64,000 bases of DNA from Alphaproteobacteria bacterium (lineage in GTDB: Bacteria > Pseudomonadota > Alphaproteobacteria > DSM-16000 > Inquilinaceae). Shown one piece after another: positions 34,595 through 44,464 of this stretch (the stretch's first letter is position 1; each line of letters starts with the position of its first letter). Under the pieces are notes generated by a model. The model worked only from the letters and a program-made list of their open reading frames with translations, was not told the origin of the DNA and made no database searches. The stretch spans positions 5,172,822 to 5,236,821 of the forward strand of contig OZ245752.1 in NCBI GenBank assembly GCA_965227455.1. The letters run 5' to 3'. The position numbers were made by a program, and so were the translations under genes.

Positions 34595-35914
34595 TCATTT
34601 CCGTTTCCCCCAGGGGCCCTTCACTTGCGGGTCATGGCCGTAGAGGTGGTCCCAGACCTCGCTTTGCCGGCCCTGGTAATGGCGGGCCAGATAGTCGGCG
34701 ACCAGGGTCCGGCGATGGTCTGGCCAGGTTTCGTAGAGTTCGTAGAACCGCTCCTTGTTGCAGATGAACAGCTGCCGACAGTCGAGCGGCGTCATCCGCG
34801 CCAGCAGATGGTTCACCAGGTCGCGGTCCTTATGCTTGCTGGAACGATAAAGGTAGAAGAAGGCCGGATCCTCCGGATCGATCGCCGGTGCGGAGCCGTC
34901 CTGCTCGATGCCGCGCAGCACCCGCTGCAGGTCGTGGAACTCCTCCGGCAGCTCGTCGACGTTCTGCTGCACATAGCGGCGCAGCGTCACCGGATCGTAA
35001 TGCTCGATCTCGTCGGCATCGGCCTCCTCGCCGGCGTGGGCGAGGGCGATCAGGTCCAGCTTCTCCGCCAGGATCTCGCGCGATTCCCGGTCGTCGCGAT
35101 CGTGGATTCGCTCCACCAGCCCATCGCCGATCAGGAACGCCGCCAGCGCCTTTCGGTCGGAGATCGGCACATGCCGGAAGCCGGTCGTCCTGTCGGTATG
35201 TGCCTTGACCCCGTCATCGCCGCCGCCGCAATGGATCAGCGTCGGCTTGCGGGTGGCGTTGAACACGTAGAGCCCATCCAGGTGCGACGTGTAGAAATCG
35301 GTGTGCTCGTAGCGCAGCACCTCGGGCACCAGCGGGTGGGTGCGGACATCGCCCACCGCCTCGGCAAGGGCGATGATCTCCTGCAGGCGGTCGTCGTCGT
35401 TCCAGGCGGTGTCGCTGCGCTCGAACTCCTCGATATGGCGGTTGAGGCGGTGGGCCTTCATGACCAGCTTGCGCGGCGTGCGCACCTTGACCCGGATGTT
35501 CTTGATCGAGGTGATGTCGGCCAGGTTGCTGATCTTGTAGACCGAATCCTCCAGCTCGCCGAACACCGCGTCCCGGGCGGTCAGGCCGAACAGCGCCTCG
35601 CGGTTGTCGGAGATGAAGCGCTTCAGGATGTCCCGGCTGCAGGAGAAGGTGGCGTCCAGCAGCGGCAGATAGGCCTGCTCGACGGTCAGCAGGATGAACA
35701 TCCGGTTGCAGCCCTGGGGGTTGAGATAGCTGGGATCGTCCAGCTCCTCGGCGATCTCCGGCGAGAACCCGCTCTGGTCGATGCGGAACCGCTCCAGCGC
35801 GGTTGGCCGGCCATGCAGCAGTTCCAGCGCGCTGTTGTACCGGTCCCGCAGGATCGGCGTGGAAACCTCGAACAGGTTCCCGTAGATCAGATCGTTTTCC
35901 GCCAGCCGGTGCAT
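34595..35914 (-). CDS. Hypothetical 439-aa protein, last gene of the AAA+ cluster; no family recognised
   Basis: Long clean ORF with uniform codon usage. It is separated from the upstream ATPase gene by a family-B repeat. Confidence 0.6.
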   Translation of the reverse strand: MHRLAENDLIYGNLFEVSTPILRDRYNSALELLHGRPTALERFRIDQSGFSPEIAEELDDPSYLNPQGCNRMFILLTVEQAYLPLLDATFSCSRDILKRFISDNREALFGLTARDAVFGELEDSVYKISNLADITSIKNIRVKVRTPRKLVMKAHRLNRHIEEFERSDTAWNDDDRLQEIIALAEAVGDVRTHPLVPEVLRYEHTDFYTSHLDGLYVFNATRKPTLIHCGGGDDGVKAHTDRTTGFRHVPISDRKALAAFLIGDGLVERIHDRDDRESREILAEKLDLIALAHAGEEADADEIEHYDPVTLRRYVQQNVDELPEEFHDLQRVLRGIEQDGSAPAIDPEDPAFFYLYRSSKHKDRDLVNHLLARMTPLDCRQLFICNKERFYELYETWPDHRRTLVADYLARHYQGRQSEVWDHLYGHDPQVKGPWGKRK

Positions 35915-35963
35915 ATGGTCAACCGCGCTTCGACCTTGGAGAGATTGGTGCCGACATCGGCAT

Positions 35964-36110
35964 CCCCCTCACCCGCCCACGGCTTTGCCGCGGGTACCTC
36001 CCTCTCCCACCAGGGGAGAGGGGTATCAACAACGCGCCATGCGAATTGGCCCCTCTCCCCTTGCGGGAGAGGGAGGGACCCGCGCGATAGCGTGGGAGGG
36101 TGAGGGGGCT
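35964..36110. repeat. Family-B palindromic repeat element, copy 3 (between the AAA+ ATPase gene and the 439-aa gene)
   Basis: Same core as the other family-B copies. Confidence 0.8.
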
Positions 36111-36134
36111 TGGTCGCGTCCACATGCCGTTGCG

Positions 36135-38075
36135 CTAGCTCCCGGGGGACCCGAACCGGCGCCTTGCCTCGGTCTGCAGGCGCAGGTCGCGGACCATGCC
36201 GTCGATGGCGGATTCGTCGGAGACGTTGGCATAGCGCAGCTCGGCATCGGCGTAACGGTTGATCTCCTGCAGCACCATCTCATGGGTGATCGGATTCATC
36301 AGCTCTCCGATCATGCTGGACTTGGTGTCGTAGTCCTTGGCCAGGAACAGCTCCGGGTTTTCCATCCACTCATCCGGAAGTTCCACATCCATCGCCCGCA
36401 CCTTGATCGCATCGGTGATGTTCTTGATGGCGCGGCCGGTGAAGCGCTCGTCGACCTCCTGGATCGCCTTCAAATAGGCGCCCAGCTTGGCGATCGTGTC
36501 GAGCTTGCCGTGGCGCTTGTCGACCGCCTCCAGGATCGCCTCCAATTGCGGCTCCGCCGGACGGCTGTGCTTCTCATAGGACGCGGTGACCGCACGGCGC
36601 AGCTCCTGGGCCCCGTACAGATCGTGCTTGCCGACCGGGATCTTGTGATTGGAGCCCAGCAGCAGGTGCAGAATGTCGATGTAGTCGGCCTCGGTCTGCG
36701 GCCCGTCGACCAGGAAGCGGGCGCCGGCGCGCTGGCGCAGCGCATCATCGACGTTCTCCGGGTAGTTGGAGAACATGCCGAAGGAGCAGTTGCCGCGCAC
36801 CACCGTGTTGGCGCCGGCGAAGCTCTCCATCAGGACGGCGGTGATCTCCTGCTGGCCCGAGGATGACTGCCGGTCGCCGCGCCGGCCGGCGATCTGGTCG
36901 ATATCGTCGATGGTCCCGAGTCCGATGACATGCGGATCGAGCACGGTCTGGATGAACGACTTGGCGTTCTGCGCCGATTTTCCTTGGTAGGAGTCGATCG
37001 CCTCGCTGGACAGGTTCTCATAGCGGAACGGGTAGCCGGCGGCGTCGCTGTAGTCCTTCAGCAGCCCGGCCAGCATCTGGATCAGGGTGGTCTTGCCGGT
37101 GCCGGGCTTGCCGTCGCCCAGGAAGGTGAAGATGAAGCCGCCCAGCTCGACGAACGGGTTGAGCTGGCGGCTGAAATCATACGCCATCAGCATCTTGGCC
37201 AGCTTCAGGCATTGATGCTTGGCGATGTGGTTGCCGACGACCTCCTCCGGCTTCTTGAAGGTCATGGTCAGGGTCTGAGCCGCGGCGCGATGGGCCGGGG
37301 TGAACCCGTCGATCTGGAAATCGTCCGCCTCGACCCGGTAGGTGCGGGCGATGAAGGCGTCGAGATGGCGGGCGCCGGCGGCGCGCAATGCGATCTCCTT
37401 CATCAGGGTCTCGGCAAAGGCGTCGACCACCGCCGCCAGCTTGGCGTCGCTGTCTGCATGCAGGGCGACTTTGCGGTCCAAATCCCAGACCGCCCCCTTC
37501 AGCGCCGTGTTGGGATCGTCCAGTACGATCTCCTCAACGTCGCCCACCTCGATCTCCTGGATGTCCGGTTCGCCGCTGCCCCGGGTCAGGAAGCCCAGCA
37601 TGTTGGCGAAGGTGAACAGGGCGACGATGGAGGCGGCCGACAGCAGCTCGGAGAACTCCGCCTTCTGGGAGTCGGCCAGCCGGCCCTGCTTGTTCTGCTG
37701 CAGCATCTGCTGCAACGGGGTCAGCTCGGCGTAGAGCACGACCACCGCCTCGGCGACGGCGATGGCCCGCCGGGCGCTGCGCAGCACATGGGCCTGGATC
37801 TCGCTCTGCAGCGGATCCTCGTCATCCACCGTCTGGATTCGGGCCTCCAGCGACACTCCGGCGGATGGCGCGCTCGGCGTCGAGAGGCCCGGCGTGGTGG
37901 AGCGGAAGCGGCGACGGCCGGGGATGCCCGGCGACCGCCCGCGCGTTGCCGGCGCCCCCTCGACCGGCTTGCCGAAGCGCGGCGCGTAATCGAACCCGGC
38001 CAGCAGCTGATACGCTTGGGCGTAGTGCTTGCGGATATCGGATTCCTTGATCTCGATCAGCGATTGCACGGTCAT
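36135..38075 (-). CDS. AAA+ ATPase of the classical clade (CbbX/SpoVK-like P-loop GKPGTGKTT) with a ~300-aa N-terminal domain of unknown function
   Basis: Walker A (FTFLGDGKPGTGKTTLIQ), Walker B with DD instead of DE (GLGTIDDIDQI), sensor-1 / second region of homology (SNYPENVDDALRQRAGARF); 646 aa. Confidence 0.8.
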   Translation of the reverse strand: MTVQSLIEIKESDIRKHYAQAYQLLAGFDYAPRFGKPVEGAPATRGRSPGIPGRRRFRSTTPGLSTPSAPSAGVSLEARIQTVDDEDPLQSEIQAHVLRSARRAIAVAEAVVVLYAELTPLQQMLQQNKQGRLADSQKAEFSELLSAASIVALFTFANMLGFLTRGSGEPDIQEIEVGDVEEIVLDDPNTALKGAVWDLDRKVALHADSDAKLAAVVDAFAETLMKEIALRAAGARHLDAFIARTYRVEADDFQIDGFTPAHRAAAQTLTMTFKKPEEVVGNHIAKHQCLKLAKMLMAYDFSRQLNPFVELGGFIFTFLGDGKPGTGKTTLIQMLAGLLKDYSDAAGYPFRYENLSSEAIDSYQGKSAQNAKSFIQTVLDPHVIGLGTIDDIDQIAGRRGDRQSSSGQQEITAVLMESFAGANTVVRGNCSFGMFSNYPENVDDALRQRAGARFLVDGPQTEADYIDILHLLLGSNHKIPVGKHDLYGAQELRRAVTASYEKHSRPAEPQLEAILEAVDKRHGKLDTIAKLGAYLKAIQEVDERFTGRAIKNITDAIKVRAMDVELPDEWMENPELFLAKDYDTKSSMIGELMNPITHEMVLQEINRYADAELRYANVSDESAIDGMVRDLRLQTEARRRFGSPGS

Positions 38076-38100
38076 TCCAGTAGGTCCTTCATAACGCGGG

Positions 38101-39222
38101 TCAGCCCTGCTTCAGGACCAGCCCGTCCGGGCCGACGACATATTTCCGCAGCGGCCGAAGCTGCGGCGAATCCCGCTCGACCAGCCGCTGATAGGGGCGA
38201 TAGGGCAGGATCATGCCGCGCTCCAGCCGGGTGGCGCCGGCCTCCATCTCGTCATGGGCGTGCACGTCGATGTCGAAATCCTCGCTCTGGGTGCTGCCGA
38301 ACAGGCCGGAGCTGGTGGTCTTCGTCCCCTTCGAGCGCAGCGTCTCCACCGACCAGCAGAAGATCCAGTCCTGCTCCGATCCGGGCTCGGGTTCCGACAG
38401 CAGGTCCTGCACCACATCGGCATGGCGGGTGAAGCGGTTGGAATACATCGGCCCGAAATGGATGCGGCGCAGGCGCTTGGGGTGGACGTCGGGGAAATCC
38501 TTGTCGATGCCGCGGGCGATGGTCAGCAGCTTCAGGGTGGACAGCGATTGCGCCGTCACATGCTCCACCAGGCGCGGCCAGCGCCGCTCGTCGCCCAGCA
38601 GCGGCCGGTCGCCGGATTCTTCCAGGCCCAGCAGGTAGATGTTCGGCATGTTGCGGTGGCTGTCATAGACGGCCCAGCGCACCAGATAGGCGCGCCGGTC
38701 CGAGGACCGCTCGCCCACCTGCATGATGTCCGGCGCGTTCACCGGCAGATAAGGCGGACGCTCGGCCAGGATCTCGCAATAGATCCGCCGGCTCATCTGC
38801 GTTTGCAGCTTGCGCGGCATGCTGCGCCGGGTCAGCACGTGGTCCAGCATCTGGGCCTTGAGCATCCGGCGGGTCGGCAGGGTGGTCAGGATCCGGTTCG
38901 CCTCGTCCAGATCGATGCCGAGCTGCAGGAATTCCTGGAACACCGGATAGCCGGAATCGCTGCGGTCGATGGTCAGCCCGGCCGCCGCCTTGCCGCCGGG
39001 CTGCACCCGCCGGTAACGGGCCGACAGGGCCGCAAAGCTGGTCCGGAGCCGGTCCAGGTAGTCGTCGATTCCGGTGCGCTCCAGCAGTGAAAGCGCGCCC
39101 TTGCGCTCCGCCGCGATCAGCTCGACCGGGTTGGCGCGGCAGCGCGCGATGATGTCGACGAAGGTGCTGAAATAGCTGCGACGGGCCTCGCGGTCGTCGA
39201 TGACAAGGCTGGTACCGGGCAC
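38101..39222 (-). CDS. Hypothetical 373-aa protein; no family recognised
   Basis: Clean ORF, 25-bp gap to the ATPase gene, same strand. Confidence 0.6.
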   Translation of the reverse strand: MPGTSLVIDDREARRSYFSTFVDIIARCRANPVELIAAERKGALSLLERTGIDDYLDRLRTSFAALSARYRRVQPGGKAAAGLTIDRSDSGYPVFQEFLQLGIDLDEANRILTTLPTRRMLKAQMLDHVLTRRSMPRKLQTQMSRRIYCEILAERPPYLPVNAPDIMQVGERSSDRRAYLVRWAVYDSHRNMPNIYLLGLEESGDRPLLGDERRWPRLVEHVTAQSLSTLKLLTIARGIDKDFPDVHPKRLRRIHFGPMYSNRFTRHADVVQDLLSEPEPGSEQDWIFCWSVETLRSKGTKTTSSGLFGSTQSEDFDIDVHAHDEMEAGATRLERGMILPYRPYQRLVERDSPQLRPLRKYVVGPDGLVLKQG

Positions 39223-39282
39223 GGGCGGCTGTCCGTTCGCCGTCAGCGCTGCAAGGATCTCCGGCGGGTCGGAACGGCCATG

Positions 39283-40359
39283 CTAATTCGCCCCGCCATA
39301 GAGGTTGGCGTCATGTTTCTCCACGACCTTGGCGAAGCGGCGGGCAAAGCGCTCATCCGCCTTGGCCTTCTCCTCCAGCACCTTGCGGGCGAAGACGATG
39401 TTGTCCTCGTGGCCTTCCATCATGTCGGCGATGCGCGACTGGGTGGCCGAGCCGATCGCCGCCATGGCGACCTGCGCCTCCTTGTCGGTCTCGGTGCCGA
39501 TCTCGTTGATCTTGTGGGCGACTTCCTGCTGCTGGGCAGTCTTCAGCGACTTGGTCAGGGCGTCGTACAGCACCACCCGCTGCTTGGTGTCGGTCTGCAG
39601 CTTGTTGATCAGGACCATCTGGGTCGCCGCCTGGTTCTGCAGCGAATCCATCCAGGTCTTGCCCTTCTCGATATAGGTCTCCAGCGTCTGCGACCGGGCG
39701 ATCAGGACCTGCTCGTTCTGCACCAGCTCGTTGTGCTGGGTGTTGATCGCCGCCAGCTCGGATTCGAGCTTGGTGCGCTCGGCGGGGTCGGTGGCCATGG
39801 AGACGCGGTTCTCAAGATCGATGATCTTGGGGTCCAGCGCCTGCAATTCGGCCCGCAGCCCCTCGAGCTCGCCGACCACCCGCTCGCGCTCGTCCAGGGT
39901 GCGGGTCAAATTGCCCTCGACCTTGGTCTTCTGCTCGCTGAGACTGGACAACTGCCCCTGCAGGATCGAGACGATGGTGTTGGACTTGGCGATCAGGTCC
40001 TGAAGATTGTCGTCGATGCTGGCGAAACGGATGCGTTCCGCCCTCATGGTGTCGGCGCGGGCGGTGGAGAACCAGCCGACCACCGTCTCCCAGCCGGTCT
40101 TCTCCCGCATGGAGTTGAATTCCTTGGAGAAACCGGCGGTGACCTCGTCCAGGCTGATGATCAGCTCGGCGATGTTGCCGTTCATCGATTCCGCATGCGC
40201 GTCGACCTGCTCCAGGGTCGCATTCTCGATGTCGATGGCCAGGGTGTCGGTCTTGGCGAGATCGACGCCCGTAAAGGTGGTTGAGATTGCGGCGGCCTGC
40301 TTCTGCGCCTCCGCGACCTGGGCTTCGGCATTGCGAACAGCGGTCTCGAAATCCTGCAT
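39283..40359 (-). CDS. All-alpha coiled-coil protein, 358 aa (TelA/PspA-like in composition only)
   Basis: Heptad-rich Q/E/L/A/K composition throughout; first gene of the cluster. Confidence 0.6.
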   Translation of the reverse strand: MQDFETAVRNAEAQVAEAQKQAAAISTTFTGVDLAKTDTLAIDIENATLEQVDAHAESMNGNIAELIISLDEVTAGFSKEFNSMREKTGWETVVGWFSTARADTMRAERIRFASIDDNLQDLIAKSNTIVSILQGQLSSLSEQKTKVEGNLTRTLDERERVVGELEGLRAELQALDPKIIDLENRVSMATDPAERTKLESELAAINTQHNELVQNEQVLIARSQTLETYIEKGKTWMDSLQNQAATQMVLINKLQTDTKQRVVLYDALTKSLKTAQQQEVAHKINEIGTETDKEAQVAMAAIGSATQSRIADMMEGHEDNIVFARKVLEEKAKADERFARRFAKVVEKHDANLYGGAN

Positions 40360-40548
40360 CCGGTCCCCCGAAATCTCGTTAGAACGAACGAATCACACGC
40401 GAGATATGGGCGGAATGTAGCGGTTTTGCACGAAAAATTGCACGCGATACCTGTGCTTGGCGGCCTTCAGCGAGGACTTTTAGATACTTACGCCTCGGCT
40501 ATGATGGCCGCAAAACGAACACGGAAAGACAGGGGGAGGACGCTCGCC

Positions 40549-42180
40549 ATGGCGGCCAAGAGCAACCCATTCGAATCCGGCCTGGACCGGAACGCGGCCA
40601 ATTACGTGCCGCTGTCGCCATTGTCCTTTCTGCCGCGCACCGCCTCGGTGTTTCCCGACCGCACCGCCGTCATCCATGGCGAATTGCGCCGAACCTGGCG
40701 GCAGACCTATGACCGCTGCCGCAGGCTGGCCTCGGCCCTGGCCCGGCGGGGCGTCGGGCTCGGCGACACGGTTGCCGTGATGGCGGCCAATTCGCCGGAG
40801 CTGATGGAGGCGCATTTCGGCGTGCCGATGGCCGGCGGGGTGCTCAACGCCCTGAACACCCGCCTGGACCCGGCGACCATCGCCTTCATCCTGGAGCATG
40901 GCGAGGCCAAGGTGCTGATCGCCGACCGGGAATTCTCCGCCACGGTCGCCGCCGCCCTGGGACAGATGGATGCCCGGCCGCTGGTGATCGACATCGACGA
41001 CCCGCTGGCCACCGGCGGCGAATTGCTGGGCGAGATGGATTACGAGGCCTTCCTGGACACCGGCGATCCGGATTTCGCCTGGGACCTGCCGGCCGATGAA
41101 TGGCAGGCGATCGCGCTCAACTACACCTCGGGCACCACCGGCAATCCCAAGGGCGTCGTCTACCACCATCGTGGCGCCTACATGAACGCGGTCGGCAATG
41201 TGCTGACCTGGGCGCTGCCGCATCATCCCACATATCTGTGGACGCTGCCGATGTTCCACTGCAATGGCTGGTGCTTCCCCTGGACCGTTACCGCCATGGC
41301 CGGCACCCATGTCTGCCTGCGCCGGGTCGAGGCCAAGGCGATCTATGACGCCATCGCCGACCACAAGGTCACCCATCTCTGCGGCGCGCCCATCGTCATG
41401 GGCCTGCTGCTCAACGCGCCGGAGGACCAGCGCCGGAATTTCGACCATCCGGTGCACATGATGACGGCCGCTTCGGCGCCGCCGGCCGCGGTGCTGGAGG
41501 GCATGGCCGGCCTCGGCTTCGACATCACCCATGTCTACGGCCTGACCGAGGTCTACGGCCCCGCCACGGTCTGCGCCTGGAACGAGGAGTGGAACGCCCT
41601 GCCGCCGGCCGAGCAGGCGACCCACAAGGCGCGCCAGGGCGTCACCTATCCGGTCCAGGAGGGCCTGATCGTCGCCGATCCGGAAACGATCGTGCCGGTC
41701 CCGCCAGATGGCGAAACCATCGGCGAGGTTTTCATGCGCGGCAACATCACCATGAAGGGGTATCTGAAGAATCCCACCGCCACCGAGACCGCCTTCGCCG
41801 GCGGCTGGTTCCACACCGGCGATCTCGGCGTGATGCACCCCAACGGCTATATCGAGCTCAAGGACCGCTCCAAGGACATCATCATCTCCGGCGGCGAGAA
41901 CATCTCGACCATCGAGGTCGAAGGCGCCCTCTACCGCCACCCCGCCGTCCTGGAGGCCGCCGTCGTCGCCAAACCCGACGACAAATGGGGCGAAACCCCC
42001 TGCGCCTTTGTCACCCTGAAACCCGGCGCCGAGACCACCGAAGCCGACATCATCGCCTTCTGCCGCGACCACCTGGCCCATTTCAAATGCCCGAAGACGG
42101 TGGTGTTCGGCGACCTGCCGAAGACATCCACGGGCAAGATCCAGAAATTCGTGCTGCGGGAGAAGGCCAAGGGCCCATAG
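40549..42180 (+). CDS. AMP-dependent acyl-CoA synthetase/ligase (medium/long-chain fatty-acid--CoA ligase-like)
   Basis: AMP-binding motifs (YTSGTTGNPKGV; GWFHTGDLG; GKIQKF). The start is at the ATG preceded by GGGGGAGGA. Confidence 0.85.
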   Translation: MAAKSNPFESGLDRNAANYVPLSPLSFLPRTASVFPDRTAVIHGELRRTWRQTYDRCRRLASALARRGVGLGDTVAVMAANSPELMEAHFGVPMAGGVLNALNTRLDPATIAFILEHGEAKVLIADREFSATVAAALGQMDARPLVIDIDDPLATGGELLGEMDYEAFLDTGDPDFAWDLPADEWQAIALNYTSGTTGNPKGVVYHHRGAYMNAVGNVLTWALPHHPTYLWTLPMFHCNGWCFPWTVTAMAGTHVCLRRVEAKAIYDAIADHKVTHLCGAPIVMGLLLNAPEDQRRNFDHPVHMMTAASAPPAAVLEGMAGLGFDITHVYGLTEVYGPATVCAWNEEWNALPPAEQATHKARQGVTYPVQEGLIVADPETIVPVPPDGETIGEVFMRGNITMKGYLKNPTATETAFAGGWFHTGDLGVMHPNGYIELKDRSKDIIISGGENISTIEVEGALYRHPAVLEAAVVAKPDDKWGETPCAFVTLKPGAETTEADIIAFCRDHLAHFKCPKTVVFGDLPKTSTGKIQKFVLREKAKGP

Positions 42181-42264
42181 GACAACGGTAGGGCGGCCGG
42201 GGCGGGCCGCCGTAAGCATGACACCTGGCGCCCTAGCCGCTGCCCACGGGCGTCATTGCGCACG

Positions 42265-43167
42265 CTATGTGGTGATAAACCCGACCTCCGAATACAGCTT
42301 CTCTTCGATGTGCCGCCATTTGGTATTCATGAGGATCGAGTCGAGTTGCCCGGGTTGGTCCGCGGCACTGTCGACCCGTTGCCGAAGTTCGTCCGTGTCC
42401 GGGACCTCGTCCACGACCCTTGCGAAATAGACCTTCGTTGCCAGCGGCCTGGACGTCTCATCGCTCAGTATCGAGAGGATGCCGTACAGATCCGGGTGCT
42501 CCGTCTCGCCGACCGGAGAAAAGTTGACCAGCCATAATCCCTTGTTGGGGGCGGGCAGCCCAAGCATCTGGAAGCCATAGATGCTCCCGAAGAACAATCC
42601 CCGAAAGGTGATGACGGTACCCTCGTTCATATCGAGGGCCCCCCGGATCGCAACGACCTCCGCCGCCTTGGCGTAAGGCTCGAACGGCTTGATGGTGACC
42701 AACGAGGTGATGAGCCTGCCGGAGACCTCATGCCGGTACCCGATGAACCGGCCACTGAACTTCCTGCGGCTGGACTCCTGGTCGCCCAGTTCCATCAGCG
42801 ACGTGAACTCGCGAAAGAACTGCGCCTGCCGATCCCGAACATCGGGCAGGCTCGGCCGATCCTTCCGGTCGCGCGCCGACTCGCTGTACTCGCCGAAGAT
42901 AGACTTAGTAGCCTCTGGATAATTTGAGAGAAGATAGAAATAGAAACGCTGATCGAAATTGGCGCGAAAAAACGAATACAGACTCGCCGCTTCTCTGGGC
43001 TTAAGGCTCTGAAGCGGGTTCTTCTTTCGTGTAAAGTAACTCCATCTGTTTTCTGCCTGAGCCCCAAGATCCACTTGATCTCGAACAAACTCCTTCTTCG
43101 TACCTGTTATCGCACAGTAGACGTTCACCAATTCTCGAAGCAGGTCCGCCTCCGACCCGGCCCCCAT
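42265..43167 (-). CDS. Hypothetical 300-aa protein in a low-GC islet; no family recognised
   Basis: Clean ORF. AT-rich codon usage, unlike its neighbours. Confidence 0.5.
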   Translation of the reverse strand: MGAGSEADLLRELVNVYCAITGTKKEFVRDQVDLGAQAENRWSYFTRKKNPLQSLKPREAASLYSFFRANFDQRFYFYLLSNYPEATKSIFGEYSESARDRKDRPSLPDVRDRQAQFFREFTSLMELGDQESSRRKFSGRFIGYRHEVSGRLITSLVTIKPFEPYAKAAEVVAIRGALDMNEGTVITFRGLFFGSIYGFQMLGLPAPNKGLWLVNFSPVGETEHPDLYGILSILSDETSRPLATKVYFARVVDEVPDTDELRQRVDSAADQPGQLDSILMNTKWRHIEEKLYSEVGFITT

Positions 43168-43419
43168 TCTGCAATCTCCCGCTTATGCACAGCCTCCTTT
43201 TACACTAAACTGTAATCGCTTCATCCTGCCATGAAAAGTTTCTTTTTGAAGCAGTTAAGGCGCCTCGGGTATGGTAATCAGACCGATGAACTTTATCATG
43301 TGTTGCGTGATAGCGGTGATGGGCGCGGTATTTGATTGCTCATAACTCTCCGCACTCTAGAAGTTTTTTTTGGATCTATATCACGTTCGTGAGTTTTCTC
43401 TTTGCAGATTGGAGCAAGT

Positions 43420-44464
43420 AATGGAACGCCAAGAATTGATGGCCATTGCATTTAGAATGTCCACTGGAAAAAGTGAAGGGGAAATAGAAGTCGACGAGGA
43501 GGTTGGAAGCAAGATATTTTCATTTATGAATAATATACCATTGAATGTAATCGATGAAATAAAAGCAGCGCCTGCGCTGGATGTATTTCCTGTCACTTCA
43601 ACAGAAATATTTGGTGAGAAAATACTGAAAGTAGATCAGCTGCTACTTGATGTCGGCGCTGTTCTAGAGCTTTCAGCATTAGACGAGGATTTCTTAGCTA
43701 TAGTTGCGAAGGAAATTCGATTTCGTGCTCCTGAAGAGCGAGCAATAATTCGAAGGCAATTTACTGGCGTTGATGCGGGCACAGGGGCAAACGGAGCTCG
43801 AGGGCGCGATGGCCAGACTCCTGGGAAAGCGCCTAGAAAGAACAATGGACATCGAGGGGAGGACGGCGGTTCAGGCGGCTCTGGGAATGCAGGTGAAACG
43901 CGACATCTTCCGGATATCTATGTTTTCACTAACGCGATCAAGGAGATAGATAGAAATGACCCGCCATATTTCGTCGACATGGGACTCATTATGCCCGGCA
44001 TTGATGGTGGAGACGGCGGTATTGGCGGCGATGGAGGCAATGGCGGAAACGGTGGGAGTGGCGGAGACGGTGTCGACAGCCTAATCGACTGCAAAGGCGG
44101 GCCTGGAGACGGAGGCCGAGGTGGAAATGCTGGTCTAGGCGGTCGAGGAGGTGATGCCGGCAATGGGGGTGACGGAGCCAACGTCATTTACGTTGCATCG
44201 CCGGATGCGATGAATCTGCTGTCGGCCACTAAGGTTGTTAATAGACCGGGACAGGCTGGACGGCCGGGGCTCGGAGGGAGGCCGGGACGCGAAGGTGCCG
44301 GCGGACCAAGGGGGGGCAGGACGTTCTACTGTCATGGCGGTAGACGCGGATCAGACGGAGTTGTGCCCAACCCATGGACCCTCGGACCGGGTGAAGAAGG
44401 TGAAGGGGGGAAAAAGGGATCGGTCAGTCGGGTTCCTGTTGTTTCGATCGATGACTTGTATTGA
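43420..44464 (+). CDS. Glycine-rich protein with collagen-like G-X-Y and GGX repeats, no signal peptide
   Basis: Acidic ~130-aa N-terminal domain, then GANGARGRDGQTPGKAP ... GGDGGIGGDGGNGGNGGSGGDG ... GRPGLGGRPGREGAGGPRGG. The start is set at the ATG preceded by GGAG; the ORF track begins at 43370. Confidence 0.5.

Noticed and set aside
33934-34767. 277-aa plus-strand ORF, and the 157-aa ORF at 14203-14676, containing the IPAKAGIQ...WIPAFAGMT peptide
   Set aside because: The conserved peptide is simply the translation of the family-A palindromic repeat. Both ORFs are otherwise low-complexity and overlap real genes or intergenic DNA.
39283-40359. Calling the coiled-coil protein TelA (toxic-anion resistance) or a PspA/ESCRT-III homologue
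   Set aside because: The resemblance is only in length and all-alpha coiled-coil composition. I cannot see family-specific motifs by eye, so it is left as unknown.
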